Part shown: positions 24,222 to 35,896 of the stretch, in pieces | How the letters are laid out: every line of letters begins with the position of its first letter | How positions within the stretch are numbered: position 1 is the first letter of the stretch | Source of the DNA: Corallochytrium limacisporum Hawaii | Lineage: Eukaryota > Protista > Pluriformea | Assembly (NCBI GenBank): GCA_002811645.1 | Contig: PDIP01000094.1 | Coordinates: 20,596 to 84,595 of the forward strand | Length of the DNA stretch: 64,000 bases | Direction of reading: 5' to 3' | Position numbers and translations under genes: made by a program | Notes under the pieces: generated by a model | The model's input: only the letters and a program-made list of their open reading frames with translations | Told to the model about the DNA's origin: nothing | Databases searched by the model: none

Positions 24222-24581
24222 TCAATCGTTCAACCATCCATTCTGCTTGACGATCTTTGCTTTTTCCATGATAAACTTGCCCTCTTTATACTTTTGTGAT
24301 GATTCATATGCTTCCTCATACTTCCAGCCGAGTGTTGTCGCACAACCAGTGCAGGTAATGTCACAGACGACATGCATTCCTGTCATCAGCATCCGCTTCT
24401 CCTTCTCTCCGCACTTGACGTTCACAACCTTATCGAATAGAAATGCCCGTCCGTGTCTTCCTTGGAAAGTCTTTGACACAACAGCCTCCTGGCTCGCTAG
24501 ATGGCAATTGCATCTTGCGCAGAGATAAAGTCTCGGACTCTCAATGTACTCCCTGAGAAGATTCGGGGAGGGGCCCATCAT
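24222..24581 (-). CDS. YPEL: Yippee/Moh1 family zinc-binding protein (YPEL)
   Basis: CARC...[14 protein letters not shown]...[17 protein letters not shown]...[23 protein letters not shown]. Confidence 0.96.
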   Translation of the reverse strand: MMGPSPNLLREYIESPRLYLCARCNCHLASQEAVVSKTFQGRHGRAFLFDKVVNVKCGEKEKRMLMTGMHVVCDITCTGCATTLGWKYEEAYESSQKYKEGKFIMEKAKIVKQNGWLND

Positions 24582-25820
24582 GTATGTGCGTTAAATTTCA
24601 GTGGTACCGATAGACAAAGACTTCAAGCGATCTATGTCTCCGTACTCTCCATGTACTATTTCATCTCATCATGTCGCAAACTATTGTTTCGGGCCCTTCC
24701 TAATTGCGCTACACGACATCACTAGCAACCTAAAGAATCGCATTATATCGCCTTACGCAATGATTTACTCTCGTTTCTTTCACCCTTGAAACTTAATACC
24801 ATCACCCTGTGCTTCGCTGAGCGGAAATTAACCCTTGCATATCACAGGATGGTAGACACGGTTCCACACCATGACCGGCCGCACCATCTACTTTTCACCT
24901 GAGGCCACGGCAGCGGCAGTGGGACACTCTCCACCTCCCCCGAGCATTCCTTCCCTGCGCTAACTACGGACCGAGGAGGGCTTCCTCCTGACCGACCCAC
25001 TCCGCCTGAACCACCGGCCGGCCCCCCCCTCCCTTCCCCCTGGGCCGAGGACTGGTTTCAACCATCCCCAACACTTTCAGAACCATCGTATCTTTTATTT
25101 CACCATTTTTAATTGTTTCATTACTGGGCAAGTCGTTTTCGTTCCTTCCTTCCTCGCTTGGCTTTCCTTCTCCTCGCCGGCGGTGCCTGGGATTCTCCTC
25201 TCTCTCTCTCTATCTCTCTCTATCTCTGTGTGGGTGACCAGCTGCGGGTTCTGCGCAAAGGTGGGACGGGATTTGCTTTAACCTCCCCCCCCCCCCCCCC
25301 CCCTCTCCTCTCGTCATCCGTCTTTTTCGTCATTTGCAGCCGGAGTGCTCACTCACCGTTACCCGACGGGCGAAAGTAGGCGAAAGAGTGCACAAGGGCA
25401 CACAGACCCAACCAAATAATCAGAAAAAAATTGAAAACTATGGCTGGGGGGAGGAGACTTGGGGACCAAAAAAAAGGGGGGGGGGGGANNNNNNNNNNNN
25501 NNNNNNNNNNNNNNNNNNNNNNNNNNNNNNNNNNNNNNNNNNNNNNNNNNNNNNNNNNNNNNNNNNNNNNNNNNNNNNNNNNNNNNNNNNNNNNNNNNNN
25601 NNNNNNNNNNNNNNNNNNNNNNNNNNNNNNNNNNNNNNNNNNNNNNNNNNNNNNNNNNNNNNNNNATGACGGGAGTTCTACCCACCCACCCGCCCCGGTG
25701 CGGGGCTTCTCACTGTTCGGACGCGGGAGGGGCGGACAGTGCCCGGTGGGTCTTTGCCGGTTTCCTTGGGTGGCAGTGGCGACGGCGGGGCGGGTCACGG
25801 TGATGGTGGTGGGGATCCGT

Positions 25821-26946
25821 TCAATGACCGCCCAGGATCACCTCACGTTGCTTGCGGATCGGGGCAATGTCCGATTCGTCTGCCTTGGAGATGTCGACAG
25901 CGAAGACATCCATACCTTGAGGATCGACTTTGAAGACCTTGGACATGTTAAACACCCATCCCTGTAGAGATATCTTGTTGATGATTAGCAGCGATGAGAA
26001 CTGAATCTTCAAATTACGGGACGTCGTGCGGTGAGGTTTCACGTTAAACATGACCCGACGTAGGTCTCCCAAGGGCTTTGGGGCCATGAACTTAAAGTTG
26101 GTCTCGCCCTCTGGCTCAAAGACGTCCGCCGGTATCTTCAAGGAGGCTACGGATTTGGAGCCCTCCACCTTGGCATTCAGTGCCACCTGTAGCTTCTGGC
26201 TGCTTTCTGAGCCCATGATCAGGATGCATTCGTAGGGAATGCCATGGTGAAGAACTGTGTCGCATCCCTCCTGGATCAGAGCGTCAGAAACTGAAAAGAA
26301 GGACATACCGCCGGACATGTTCTCCATGTAGATTGAGACCACTTTACCTCTGAAAAGGACCCCAGTATTCATGTACGGCTCGAACGTCAACTTGATCTTG
26401 GTGGCAACACCAATATCAGAGTGAACAATATTGTACGCGAAACTAGCCGCATCACCCAGGGGAACGCATCTATCCGGCTTCGCCAGCCTAAACGTCACTG
26501 ACTGCCCACCTTCATTTTCGGCCTGAATTGTCATGTGCGGTTGGAGTCTCGGCAAGGGATCGGGAGACATGACAATGACGCCAATTCGCCAGTGCGTGAA
26601 CTTTGACATAGATGCCGTGGACAGTGTTCGAGGATTAAGGGTAATACCAAGTTTCAAGCTCCACTGTGGCTTGCCAAAGTCAACTTCCATGCGTGGAAGA
26701 TGACTCTTCTTATCACCGCCAACCACATCTAGGAACGATGCCAGAGCACTGTCAGGCAGGTACTCTCGGATCCACTCAAGAAGCTCAGTTGGAGTGTCAC
26801 CAAAGTCCTGCATGAACCATTTCAGAAAAACGGGTAAGCAGACGTGACACTGATCACATCCGATGTGGCACTGCGCGTTCAGATAGTTGGTCATAGACCT
26901 CAGGATGTCCTCGCGATACGTCTTCTCATATAGAACCATGACAATG
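25821..26946 (-). CDS. C-terminal part of the DENN-domain protein: second half of DUF547 plus two PLAT/LH2-like domains (after frameshift)
   Basis: LPVFLKWFMQDFG...LLEWIREYL resembles the DUF547 C-terminal half. DIGVATKIKLTF and PLGDLRRVMF resemble PLAT strands. The frame overlaps the upstream ORF in the -1 frame. Confidence 0.7.
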
Positions 26947-29743
26947 GCGAGGACATGTTGGAGTCCGCAAGAATGAAGCAGGCTCCTTTGACGTCATCAG
27001 GCACGCTGACAATACCCTCGGGAAGGAAGTGGGACACAGCGGCAGTGTGTGTGTACATGGGACTGGTTGTGGGTGGCATGTCCCTTCGAAGTATCTGCCG
27101 ATCTAAGATGGTCAGGGTTACAAATTCGTTGCCGATCTGGTAAGCGGCAATGGTATGTAACGCATACGCCTGCATACGCGTTCTTGGTACACCCAATTCG
27201 ATGAGAGCGTGAAGCAAAAGGGCATTTCGACAGTTGCCCCAAAAGCAGAACGATTCATCAGGGCTTAGTTCACCGACCTCAATCTCCCCCAACATGTGGG
27301 ACTTAGCACGAATTCTGCGGTATAGTTCAGCCCCATCAAGCTCAGCAATTTTCTTCGATTGACTGATCACAAGCAAGTCGTCCTTATCCTCAGACGCTGC
27401 GGAGCCATACAGCTCGATGAGATCCCAAAGAAGACTCTTTGCCAGCTCGGTCGGGTGCTGCTCGCCTATGTCCCCTTTCAAGTCTTCAATTGAGTCCATC
27501 TTCTGGAACATGTTCAAAACCACAATGCTTGTGGCATCAGATTCGCGCGCGCAGTTCTGTCCAGCTGGTAAGAACTTGTGACTGATGCTAACGCGGCCAA
27601 CTTGCGTACCTGTCACACTTTGCGTTACACTACCATCCAAATCCTCCAAAATACTATCATCGCTTTGATGAAGGGAGCGTTCTCTTGATCGCCGAGTGCT
27701 GATGGACGCTCTTATGCTAATTGCATCGGCGTCACTTCCACCGAGAACCGACACAGCGGTGCCCGTTGGAAATGGACTCTCAAGCGGGGAAATCAGGTAA
27801 GATTTGGGTCTCATAGGCATGCTACGGCGCTTGCTTCCTATTGCAGCATGATCACAGTACAAATGATTTGCCAGGTCTTCCGTTGTGACATCGATCTCCT
27901 CCAAATCGGGTCCCAGGTCGTCATTCACATTTAGGCAAGTAAGGGAACCTAAATTGGTAATCTCGTGACACCTTGTGACTAAAGACTGCATCTTGCTTGA
28001 CATGCCTTCCACCTCTGAGTCATTGAGAAGGTTACCGGTACGTGCAATGAGCCCCTTCACCAAGTCTATCAGTGGTCCTTTGCTCTCATCTGGCTGAATC
28101 TCGTTGTATACTCCCACAAAGTCTTGAAATGCACAGAGTGGACGATCCATGGAAACAAGCGCCAGAGCTCGCATGTATAGTAGCTCCCAGTCCGCTGCAT
28201 TGGTGCTTTTGGATTCCAAGCAGTAGCTCAAGTATTCAACGCAGTGCTCACGTGGTTGCCATACATTCCGAGGTGCGTACCCAGAAGAAATCTTCAGGAA
28301 ACTGCCTGATTCCACTCGGGGGACTGTGTCACAGCCGTCTTTGAATGGGTTCGGAAAACCAAATTTTCTGAAAGATTTAACATCGACCTCTTCCATACGT
28401 CCCAAGCTTATATCATCCTCCCGAAATCCATCCATATACTGTCCGAACAGCATGCTGTTCAGGAAATTTTCTGTAAACAATCGTTCCTCCTCACTCTTGT
28501 CTTGAAGCAACCGAGTCAGGTCATCGCCTTCCATGGCGTCAGTGTAGTAGATCGAGAATTCTTCGATGAGTAAACGAATGTGTTTCTCGACTACCCTCCG
28601 AAGGTCCTGATCGAGCTGCCTGGCATCAGCCACGTCGGCGGCAGGGCTGAGGACGAGACTGGGTCTCACACTGCCGTTTGACGTGTCCAGAGTTTCGACA
28701 CCTTTGGTCAGGTCAAGTATGGATGACGAGTCGCAAGGTTCCTCCTGCGCCTGCCATTGCTTCTGTCCGTTTCTTGTGGTGTGCCCGTACAGCACACCTT
28801 TCAGACTGTCCAGTAAAGAAAGCAGCAGATTTGGTGGCATTTGGGTCCCATTGACGACGCGATCGATGTCTGCATCACATACCACTATGTGATCCTGAGG
28901 GGCCAAGAGGCTGGGGAGCAGTGACTTTACAACATTATGCTCAACTCCGATCAGATATGGTGCAGGCGATTCCAAACACTCCACCAATGTCTCCGGCAGA
29001 GATGGAATGCATGTTGAGTGCCACTCCAGGGGGTACAGGAGCGTCATGAAACATTGGATCATGGGCGGCAAAAGCTCGGGGCTCGAAGTTACCACGACGA
29101 CACTCCTCTCCTCAAGTAGCGATGCCACCACTGTACACACATTTCCCAGCCCAAGATGTTGGAAGACTGGATGCAACGGAAAGTCGACAATGGGCCCATG
29201 GCTGGGAGTATTAATCCTGAAGCGCTGTTTGCCCCACTTGAATTGTAATTCCAACGATCCGGGAGGAGGCATGGGCATTTCATACAGCAGGAAGCTGCTC
29301 ACGCTGAAATTGAGCTCGCTGAAGGATGTCTCTTCATCAGGCGTGAAATTCAACTGTCGCAAAATCTGTAAGAAAGTGTCGAACAAAGGCCATAAGCTTA
29401 CAATAGCACATGCACGCCATTGCTTCCGTTTTCCCAACGCATTTCCAACCACTTCCTCCAATGGTTTACAAAGACATGTGCCGTACTGCCGTACTCCGTA
29501 TTCATTGGTCATAAGAAAAGTTTGCGACCACTCTGTCAAATGTTCTGAAGCCTTCGGTGGAGTGCAAAACATTTCAACGGAGGAACAGATCCCGTCATGT
29601 CGATCAGAGTCTGCCAATTCCGGAACGATTTCGTATGTCGCCAGGCGAGCAATGTCGTCGATGAAAACAATATATTCGGCAACTTTGCCTTGAGAGGCAA
29701 TGTCTTGCAACTCCCTTTCAACCCGCTCACTCTTTTTCTTCAT
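26900..29743 (-). CDS. DENN-domain Rab GEF-like protein, N-terminal part (uDENN-cDENN-dDENN, TPR-like segment, first half of DUF547)
   Basis: FLMTNEYGVRQYGTCL, LLEERSVVV, LLYPLEWHSTCIPSLP...LESPAPYLIGV, FLNSMLFGQY. FCFWGNCRNALLLHALI resembles the start of DUF547. Confidence 0.88.
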   Translation of the reverse strand: MKKKSERVERELQDIASQGKVAEYIVFIDDIARLATYEIVPELADSDRHDGICSSVEMFCTPPKASEHLTEWSQTFLMTNEYGVRQYGTCLCKPLEEVVGNALGKRKQWRACAIVSLWPLFDTFLQILRQLNFTPDEETSFSELNFSVSSFLLYEMPMPPPGSLELQFKWGKQRFRINTPSHGPIVDFPLHPVFQHLGLGNVCTVVASLLEERSVVVVTSSPELLPPMIQCFMTLLYPLEWHSTCIPSLPETLVECLESPAPYLIGVEHNVVKSLLPSLLAPQDHIVVCDADIDRVVNGTQMPPNLLLSLLDSLKGVLYGHTTRNGQKQWQAQEEPCDSSSILDLTKGVETLDTSNGSVRPSLVLSPAADVADARQLDQDLRRVVEKHIRLLIEEFSIYYTDAMEGDDLTRLLQDKSEEERLFTENFLNSMLFGQYMDGFREDDISLGRMEEVDVKSFRKFGFPNPFKDGCDTVPRVESGSFLKISSGYAPRNVWQPREHCVEYLSYCLESKSTNAADWELLYMRALALVSMDRPLCAFQDFVGVYNEIQPDESKGPLIDLVKGLIARTGNLLNDSEVEGMSSKMQSLVTRCHEITNLGSLTCLNVNDDLGPDLEEIDVTTEDLANHLYCDHAAIGSKRRSMPMRPKSYLISPLESPFPTGTAVSVLGGSDADAISIRASISTRRSRERSLHQSDDSILEDLDGSVTQSVTGTQVGRVSISHKFLPAGQNCARESDATSIVVLNMFQKMDSIEDLKGDIGEQHPTELAKSLLWDLIELYGSAASEDKDDLLVISQSKKIAELDGAELYRRIRAKSHMLGEIEVGELSPDESFCFWGNCRNALLLHALIELGVPRTRMQAYALHTIAAYQIGNEFVTLTILDRQILRRDMPPTTSPMYTHTAAVSHFLPEGIVSVPDDVKGACFILADSNMSSPLSWFYMRRRIARTS

Positions 29744-30690
29744 AGTGCCAGGTATTTCCGTACTGAACCTGTTTTGAAATGAGAGAGTGTGTTTCTACGT
29801 TGTCATGTTTTCGATTGTCCCAGGTAACGTTCTATTCCTCTTCATTTTTCGATGAGATATTTTAGTGTCGCTTTCTAATTTGATGTTTATGAAGTACCAT
29901 GTTTCGTATATACTCCTATAACATAGATGATTCATTGATTGGATGTCCATATAATGCAATTCCGAGGACGAGTCTTCACAGTCCTTTGCCGCGGAGACAC
30001 TTCCGCGTCCCAGTTTCCGCCCCGACCCCTCCCCTCGGTACCATTCAACTGCAGCACACTTCGCACTTGCTATACTGAATGTGTGGTAGAACTGACCGAC
30101 GCTCTGCAACCAAGGCGCGCCCTTGAGACAAGGGAGCAGGGGGAGGAGGGAATTCGAACGAGACTCGCAAGCAGAACGAGGCGCAAATTAAAGGGGGACG
30201 GAGAAAGTGAATCTGAGGCTCGGTGCTGGTTCCGTATTGAGAGGCCCCAGGGCCCGTGCTCGATGGATCCGCCCCCTCCCCCCCCCCACACACCCCCCCT
30301 CCCATTTCTTACCTCCCGTCCGAACGGGGGCAGTCGGGTTGCCCTGGTCGCCACAGCAGCGGACAAGCTTGCTCTGTGACTGTGGGCTTAGGATAGATGG
30401 GAAGACAAGGGGGGGGGGGGAGGAGGCGGAGGGGGGAATGTGGGGTTTGGAGGGACCCTGATAGATCAGGGTTACTCCGAGTGAGGAAGACGACGATGAT
30501 TGGAACATGGCTGCAACTTACTGAAAGCCAAGGAACGATGTGAACAATCGGATATGTGTGAATTTCGTAGATGGCTAACAGAAGTGTTGTGTATATGTAT
30601 CAATATGGGATCTAAAAGAGAATTTTGGATGCTAACAACAGTGATGTTGCTTGTTGAACTTTGTGGGGCTGTAAGTGATACTACACCAAC

Positions 30691-33675
30691 TTACATGTAA
30701 GCCTCCATAGGGGGGCAAGAGCAGACAACGTTGCGATCACCGAAGACATCGTCGATACGGGTCACGACAGGGAAGAACTTCTGGCGCCGCAACCAGGGCA
30801 CGGGGAAGACGGCTTTCTCCCGAGTGTAGGGGCGATCCCAGTCTTCGGCGGAAATGGTCTGGATGGTGTGTGGGGCGTTCTTGAGGACATTGTTGTCACG
30901 AGGATACTTGCCCTCCTCAATCTCACGAATCTCCTCTCTAATTGCAATAAGAGCATCACAGTAGCGATCCAGCTCATCCTTAGCCTCGGACTCTGTGGGC
31001 TCAACCATCAGAGTGTTGGGTACGGGCCAGCTCATAGTGGGGGAGTGGAAGCCGTAATCCTGCAGACGCTTGGCAATGTCAGCACCCTCAACACCCGCAC
31101 TTTCGCCGAATGGCCGGCAATCCATGATGAATTCATGGGCACAGAAACCATTGGAATTCTTGTAAAGGATCTTGTAGTGGCCGTCTAGACGGCGCGCCAT
31201 ATAGTTCGCGTTCAGGATGGCCAATTCAGAGGCATTCCGCAGACCCTTGGAGCCCATCATGCGAATATAGGCCCAAGAGATGGGCAGAATGGAGGCGGAA
31301 CCGAAGGGCGTACCGGAAATGGTACCCATGGCCTTGTCGCCACCGTGAGGACCCATGTCAACAATGGGATGGTTAGGCAAGTAGGGGGCCAGATGGGCGC
31401 GAACACCGATAGGGCCCATTCCAGGGCCACCGCCACCGTGGGGAATGCAGAAGGTCTTATGCAGGTTCAAATGGGACACATCTGCACCGAACTTACCTGG
31501 GCAGCAGATGGCCACCTGGGCGTTCATGTTCGCACCGTCAAGATAGACCTGACCACCATGCTCGTGTACTAAGTCGCAGACGTCCTTGATGTTGTCGTCA
31601 AACACACCATATGTAGAGGGATAGGTGACCATAATGGCAGCCAGCTCCTTGGAGTGCTTCTCGCACTTAGCCTTGAGATCAGTCAAGTCAATTTCACCAT
31701 TGGGGGCATTCTTCACAGCAACAACGTCCATACCAGCCATCTGGGCAGAGGCAGGGTTGGTACCGTGGGCAGAGGCAGGGACCAAGCAGACCTTGCGATG
31801 CCCTTCGCCTTTGTCAGCGAGGTAGGCACGGATGGCCATCAGACCAGCGTACTCACCCTGGGCACCAGAGTTGGGTTGCAGAGACACACGGTCATAGCCG
31901 GTGATCTCACAAAGCCAGTGTTCGAGCTCCTTGAACATGTGACGGTAGCCGCGAGACTGGTCCAGAGGAGCGTAGGGGTGAATGGCGTTGACCTCAGGCC
32001 AGCTGACAGGAAGCATTTCGGTAGTGGCGTTCAACTTCATAGTGCAGGAACCGAGAGGAATCATGGTATGCGCCAGAGACACATCACGATTTTCGAGGTA
32101 CTTCAGGTAGCGCAACATCTGAGTCTCGCTCTGATGTGAGTGAAAGACTGGGTAGTCTAGGATCTTTCCCTCGCGGGTAAATTCACCGAACTCGTAGGCA
32201 TCTTCGCCCAGTTTCTCTAGAACAGCGTCCACCGTCACTTCACTCTTCTCGCTAATATTGAAGACGTCGAACAGATCTTCTAGATCTTTCGCGGAGACAG
32301 TCTCATCCATGGTGATACCTACAGTTTCACCATCTTCGAAGTAGCGCAGATTGATGCGGTGCTGCTCAGCACGACTCTTCAGCATGGTCATATCAGTGGG
32401 CTTAACACGGACGGTGTCAAAGTACGGGCCGTCATCGGTAACAGTGTGTCCCATAGACTTAGCTCCCTCAGCAAATACAACAGCAAGACGGTGAACCCGG
32501 TTGGCGATATCCGTAAGACCCTGAGGTCCGTGGTAGACGGCGTAGTTGGCAGCCATGTTGGCCAAGAGTGCCTGAGCGGTGCAAATGTTGGAGGTGGCCT
32601 TCTCACGGCGAATGTGTTGCTCGCGGGCCTGCAGAGCCAGACGATAAGCGGTGTTACCATCAGCATCGCGGGACACACCGACGATGCGACCTGGTACCTT
32701 TCGCAGATACTTGTCCTGAACAGCGAAGAAGGCAGCGTGGGGACCACCAAAGCCAAGCGGAACACCGAAGCGCTGAGAGTTACCGAAGCAAATATCTGCA
32801 TCGAACTCACTCGGTGGCCGCAGTACGGTAAGGGCCAGGAGATCACTTGCAACCAGCATGAGGCCACCGGCAGAGTGGATTGTATCACTGAGCTTCTTCA
32901 GATCCTTTATGGTCCCGTGCGTGTCCGGATATCCTACCATGACGGCACACGCAGTGTCACCCTTAATGTCCATGTTGAACAAATCCCCGACAACAACTTT
33001 CAGTCCCATTGGAGCAGCGCGCGTCTCCACCAACTTAATGGACGTGGGGTGCATGTTTTCGTCAATGTAGATTGTATCCTTCTTTTTTCCAGTTGTGGAG
33101 AAAGCTAGAGCAGCAGCCTCAGCAGCAGCGGTCGCTTCATCGAGCAGGGAGGAATTGGCTTTGGGCAAACCGGTGAGATCACATACCATTGTCTGATAGT
33201 TGAGTAGAGACTCGAGACGACCCTGGCTCATCTCCGGCTGGTAGGGAGTGTATTGGGTATACCAGCCAGGGTTCTCCAGCAGATTGCGCAGAATCACATG
33301 GGGAACGTTAGTTCCTGCGTAACCCATACCAATGTAAGAGCGCCAGACCTCATTTTCACTGAGGAGGTCCTTGAGGCGAGCCAGCACCTCAGTTTCAGAC
33401 AAGGCAGGAGGCAAATCAAGCTCATTTGTTTCCAGGATGGAGTTGGGCACGGTTTTCTTGACCATCTCCTCTAAGCTCTTGACACCGACAGTCTTTAACA
33501 TCTCATCAATGTCAACTTGGTTCACAGTACCATTGTGGCGGCGCTCGAAAGTGTCCAAAGCAGCAAAGGCAGTGGACGCCTTGGTCGCAGCTGTGCGCTG
33601 GATAACCATACCAGCGACGGCCTTACCGGCCACTGCAGTAAAGCGAAGGGTGCGAACCGCAGAAAGTCCCAGCAT
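30691..33675 (-). CDS. GLDC: Glycine dehydrogenase (decarboxylating), glycine cleavage P protein, mitochondrial
   Basis: YTPYQPEMSQGRLE, REKATSNICTAQALLA, PLGSCTMKLN, PLP-lysine HLNLHKTFCIPHGGGGPG. Likely ATG at 33675, followed by an Arg/Ala-rich presequence. Confidence 0.97.
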   Translation of the reverse strand: MLGLSAVRTLRFTAVAGKAVAGMVIQRTAATKASTAFAALDTFERRHNGTVNQVDIDEMLKTVGVKSLEEMVKKTVPNSILETNELDLPPALSETEVLARLKDLLSENEVWRSYIGMGYAGTNVPHVILRNLLENPGWYTQYTPYQPEMSQGRLESLLNYQTMVCDLTGLPKANSSLLDEATAAAEAAALAFSTTGKKKDTIYIDENMHPTSIKLVETRAAPMGLKVVVGDLFNMDIKGDTACAVMVGYPDTHGTIKDLKKLSDTIHSAGGLMLVASDLLALTVLRPPSEFDADICFGNSQRFGVPLGFGGPHAAFFAVQDKYLRKVPGRIVGVSRDADGNTAYRLALQAREQHIRREKATSNICTAQALLANMAANYAVYHGPQGLTDIANRVHRLAVVFAEGAKSMGHTVTDDGPYFDTVRVKPTDMTMLKSRAEQHRINLRYFEDGETVGITMDETVSAKDLEDLFDVFNISEKSEVTVDAVLEKLGEDAYEFGEFTREGKILDYPVFHSHQSETQMLRYLKYLENRDVSLAHTMIPLGSCTMKLNATTEMLPVSWPEVNAIHPYAPLDQSRGYRHMFKELEHWLCEITGYDRVSLQPNSGAQGEYAGLMAIRAYLADKGEGHRKVCLVPASAHGTNPASAQMAGMDVVAVKNAPNGEIDLTDLKAKCEKHSKELAAIMVTYPSTYGVFDDNIKDVCDLVHEHGGQVYLDGANMNAQVAICCPGKFGADVSHLNLHKTFCIPHGGGGPGMGPIGVRAHLAPYLPNHPIVDMGPHGGDKAMGTISGTPFGSASILPISWAYIRMMGSKGLRNASELAILNANYMARRLDGHYKILYKNSNGFCAHEFIMDCRPFGESAGVEGADIAKRLQDYGFHSPTMSWPVPNTLMVEPTESEAKDELDRYCDALIAIREEIREIEEGKYPRDNNVLKNAPHTIQTISAEDWDRPYTREKAVFPVPWLRRQKFFPVVTRIDDVFGDRNVVCSCPPMEAYM

Positions 33676-35896
33676 GGTAGCTCTTTGATTGTGCCTAAAC
33701 CCGAATATACAAGCAATATGCCAACGGTACAAGGCTATTGTACCCAGCTGCAACACTGCTCTGCTTACTACATGTAAACAGAGAAGCCCGTACAGTGATC
33801 TAGGCTGCCAACAATGCAGCAACTATGTCAGATCCCGAATCCTCCAAGTACCAGTCCTTGCGGCGCACGCATCCGTGGAGGTACCGGTTTACCCCCCCAA
33901 TACCCATCGGTAGAAATCAATGAAGCCATTTTGCCTCCCAGGGCACTGCGATGGTTCGGCACAGGTGAAGATCCAATATATGTCCAGCCATAGGCAATTG
34001 AGAGATGACCGCCACACGGGATCCTGGCAGGTAGGCAGCCACAGAGGGATCGGGGATTTTGAGCGCGACACCCATGAGAACCACAGCCCGTGCAAACTTT
34101 GACTGAAACCGAATATTAATTCCCATAGCGCACACACTACAACACGGGAATCAAACGGGGTGTTGGCGTCTGGAATGCTCTAAGGTAACAAAAGAAACTA
34201 GCTCACCCTCCTTAAACAGATCATACGGGAGTATCGCAGTCACAACAGCGACAGCCCCCGCCTCACCCCAGCACCGGGTCAAATGACGACAATTCATCGC
34301 AAACAAAAGAAAGGAAAGGGACAGTCCTCTGCACGCCCCTTTGTCCCTTCGTATCACACCCAACCACGGAGGGACTGACCTGCCCACCGTAGACTACGTT
34401 ATTGTGTGATGCTTGTGCCTGATGGGATTCCATGTCATGTCTTGATAGCGGATTATACTGCTACAGGCAAGACGGTTGTGTCAGAGTTGGTCTGCAACAC
34501 AAAAAATGCCCCAAAGAAACAAAACCGGGCCATCTCGTACTTTTAGCTCGCTGGTCATTGGTGTGTTGGTTGCGTGTCGCCACCGTCGACAGCTCCGAAT
34601 GGGTTGCCCTCAGCGCCCAAAGAAAACCTCGTGGGCCACCAACTGGCCACCAAAGAAACTTGGGCCATTCACAACGGGCGTTGTCCTCCACCGGTACTCT
34701 ATCGGATTCCCCCTTTCCACAGCACCGCCGCAGTTCGTTTGCTCAGTGCGACAAAAAGTCGTGACATGGCCCCGTGCTCTGCCCATAAGAGGTCCTCTAT
34801 ACAAAATGTACAGTTTTTTTTGGGCATTCCCTGCTCCTTTTGTTCGGAAAATATGCGGAATCGCAGACATTTTTCGTGTGATACTTTCACTATGGAATCG
34901 GGACGGAGATTTTCAGGAATCGCGGGTACTGAGGGCTCTGGTTGAGTGGTTGCGTCCATCTTTCGATCTCTTGCCAGCCTTTTGTTTCCCAAGCTCATAA
35001 TTCGGCCATGGTGCAGCATGCACACAAGCACCATAAGGAGCAGGTGCTCGGGCATTCTTCTCATGCATAAGTCCTACCGTGTTGTCACTATGGTTTGATT
35101 TAAGGCAGAATGAGAAGGACAATATATGCCACAAATTCTCAGCGCCCATATACAGTGCCAAGCGTAACAATGAAATCGGAAGTGCTCGTTGGATCTCACA
35201 TCACCGTCTTGTCAGCCCCTACTGACTCAGAGCCATGAGAAAGCTTTACAAGCCATCATTCAGGTTTGATGGGACTGCGGGCGGGGTGTGCTCAACAGTC
35301 ACACAGAGCAGTATAGAACCGGCAGACCATCCCCTTACTGCAGCGGAAGCACTCTTGCCCATGGGTGGCTGGCCCGTCCCACGCGATGAAACATATACCT
35401 GAAATCCTCATTGTACGAATTAAATAGAGGAGGCGGGAAAAAGGACCGACCTCAGTCTGCCTCTCTCAGGTACTGAAACTATGGAGGAATAGACGTATAT
35501 ATAGTGAATGTACCGGTCGTAGTGGACCTGGTAGGTTTGGTCCGAACGGGCCTCCACACCACCCCGCGCGAAGCCAACACAAGCACCGAGGGGAGGGGGA
35601 GGCGTACGTAGATGAGACCTCACAAACTCCATTAGGAAGTGTTTCGGTTTCAGTCTTGGCACAACTTACGCGATGGTATTCGGGATCGCCCTTATCTTAA
35701 CGGAATCAATTTACGTATTGCTTTATGCTTTCAGTGCGACGAAAGCGGTTCGTTAATAGGAATGTAAAATCTGCCTGCACTGTGGGAGAAGTAGTACAAT
35801 GTGTGGAGTGTAAGGCACCTTGTTTGCGGTCTGTGGACCAAGACAATAACATGATCTTATTCGTTTAGCAAAACACAATAGATATTTTTCTAGAAA

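Noticed and set aside
33676-33822. N-terminal extensions in the ORF track (GLDC, also Rad1, SBPase, Tctex-1, ACAD, secernin, RTK)
   Set aside because: They start at TTG/GTG; a downstream ATG in good context matches the family N-terminus.
35432-35440. Single GGCGGGAAA E2F-type site upstream of GANP
   Set aside because: An isolated hit; insufficient on its own.
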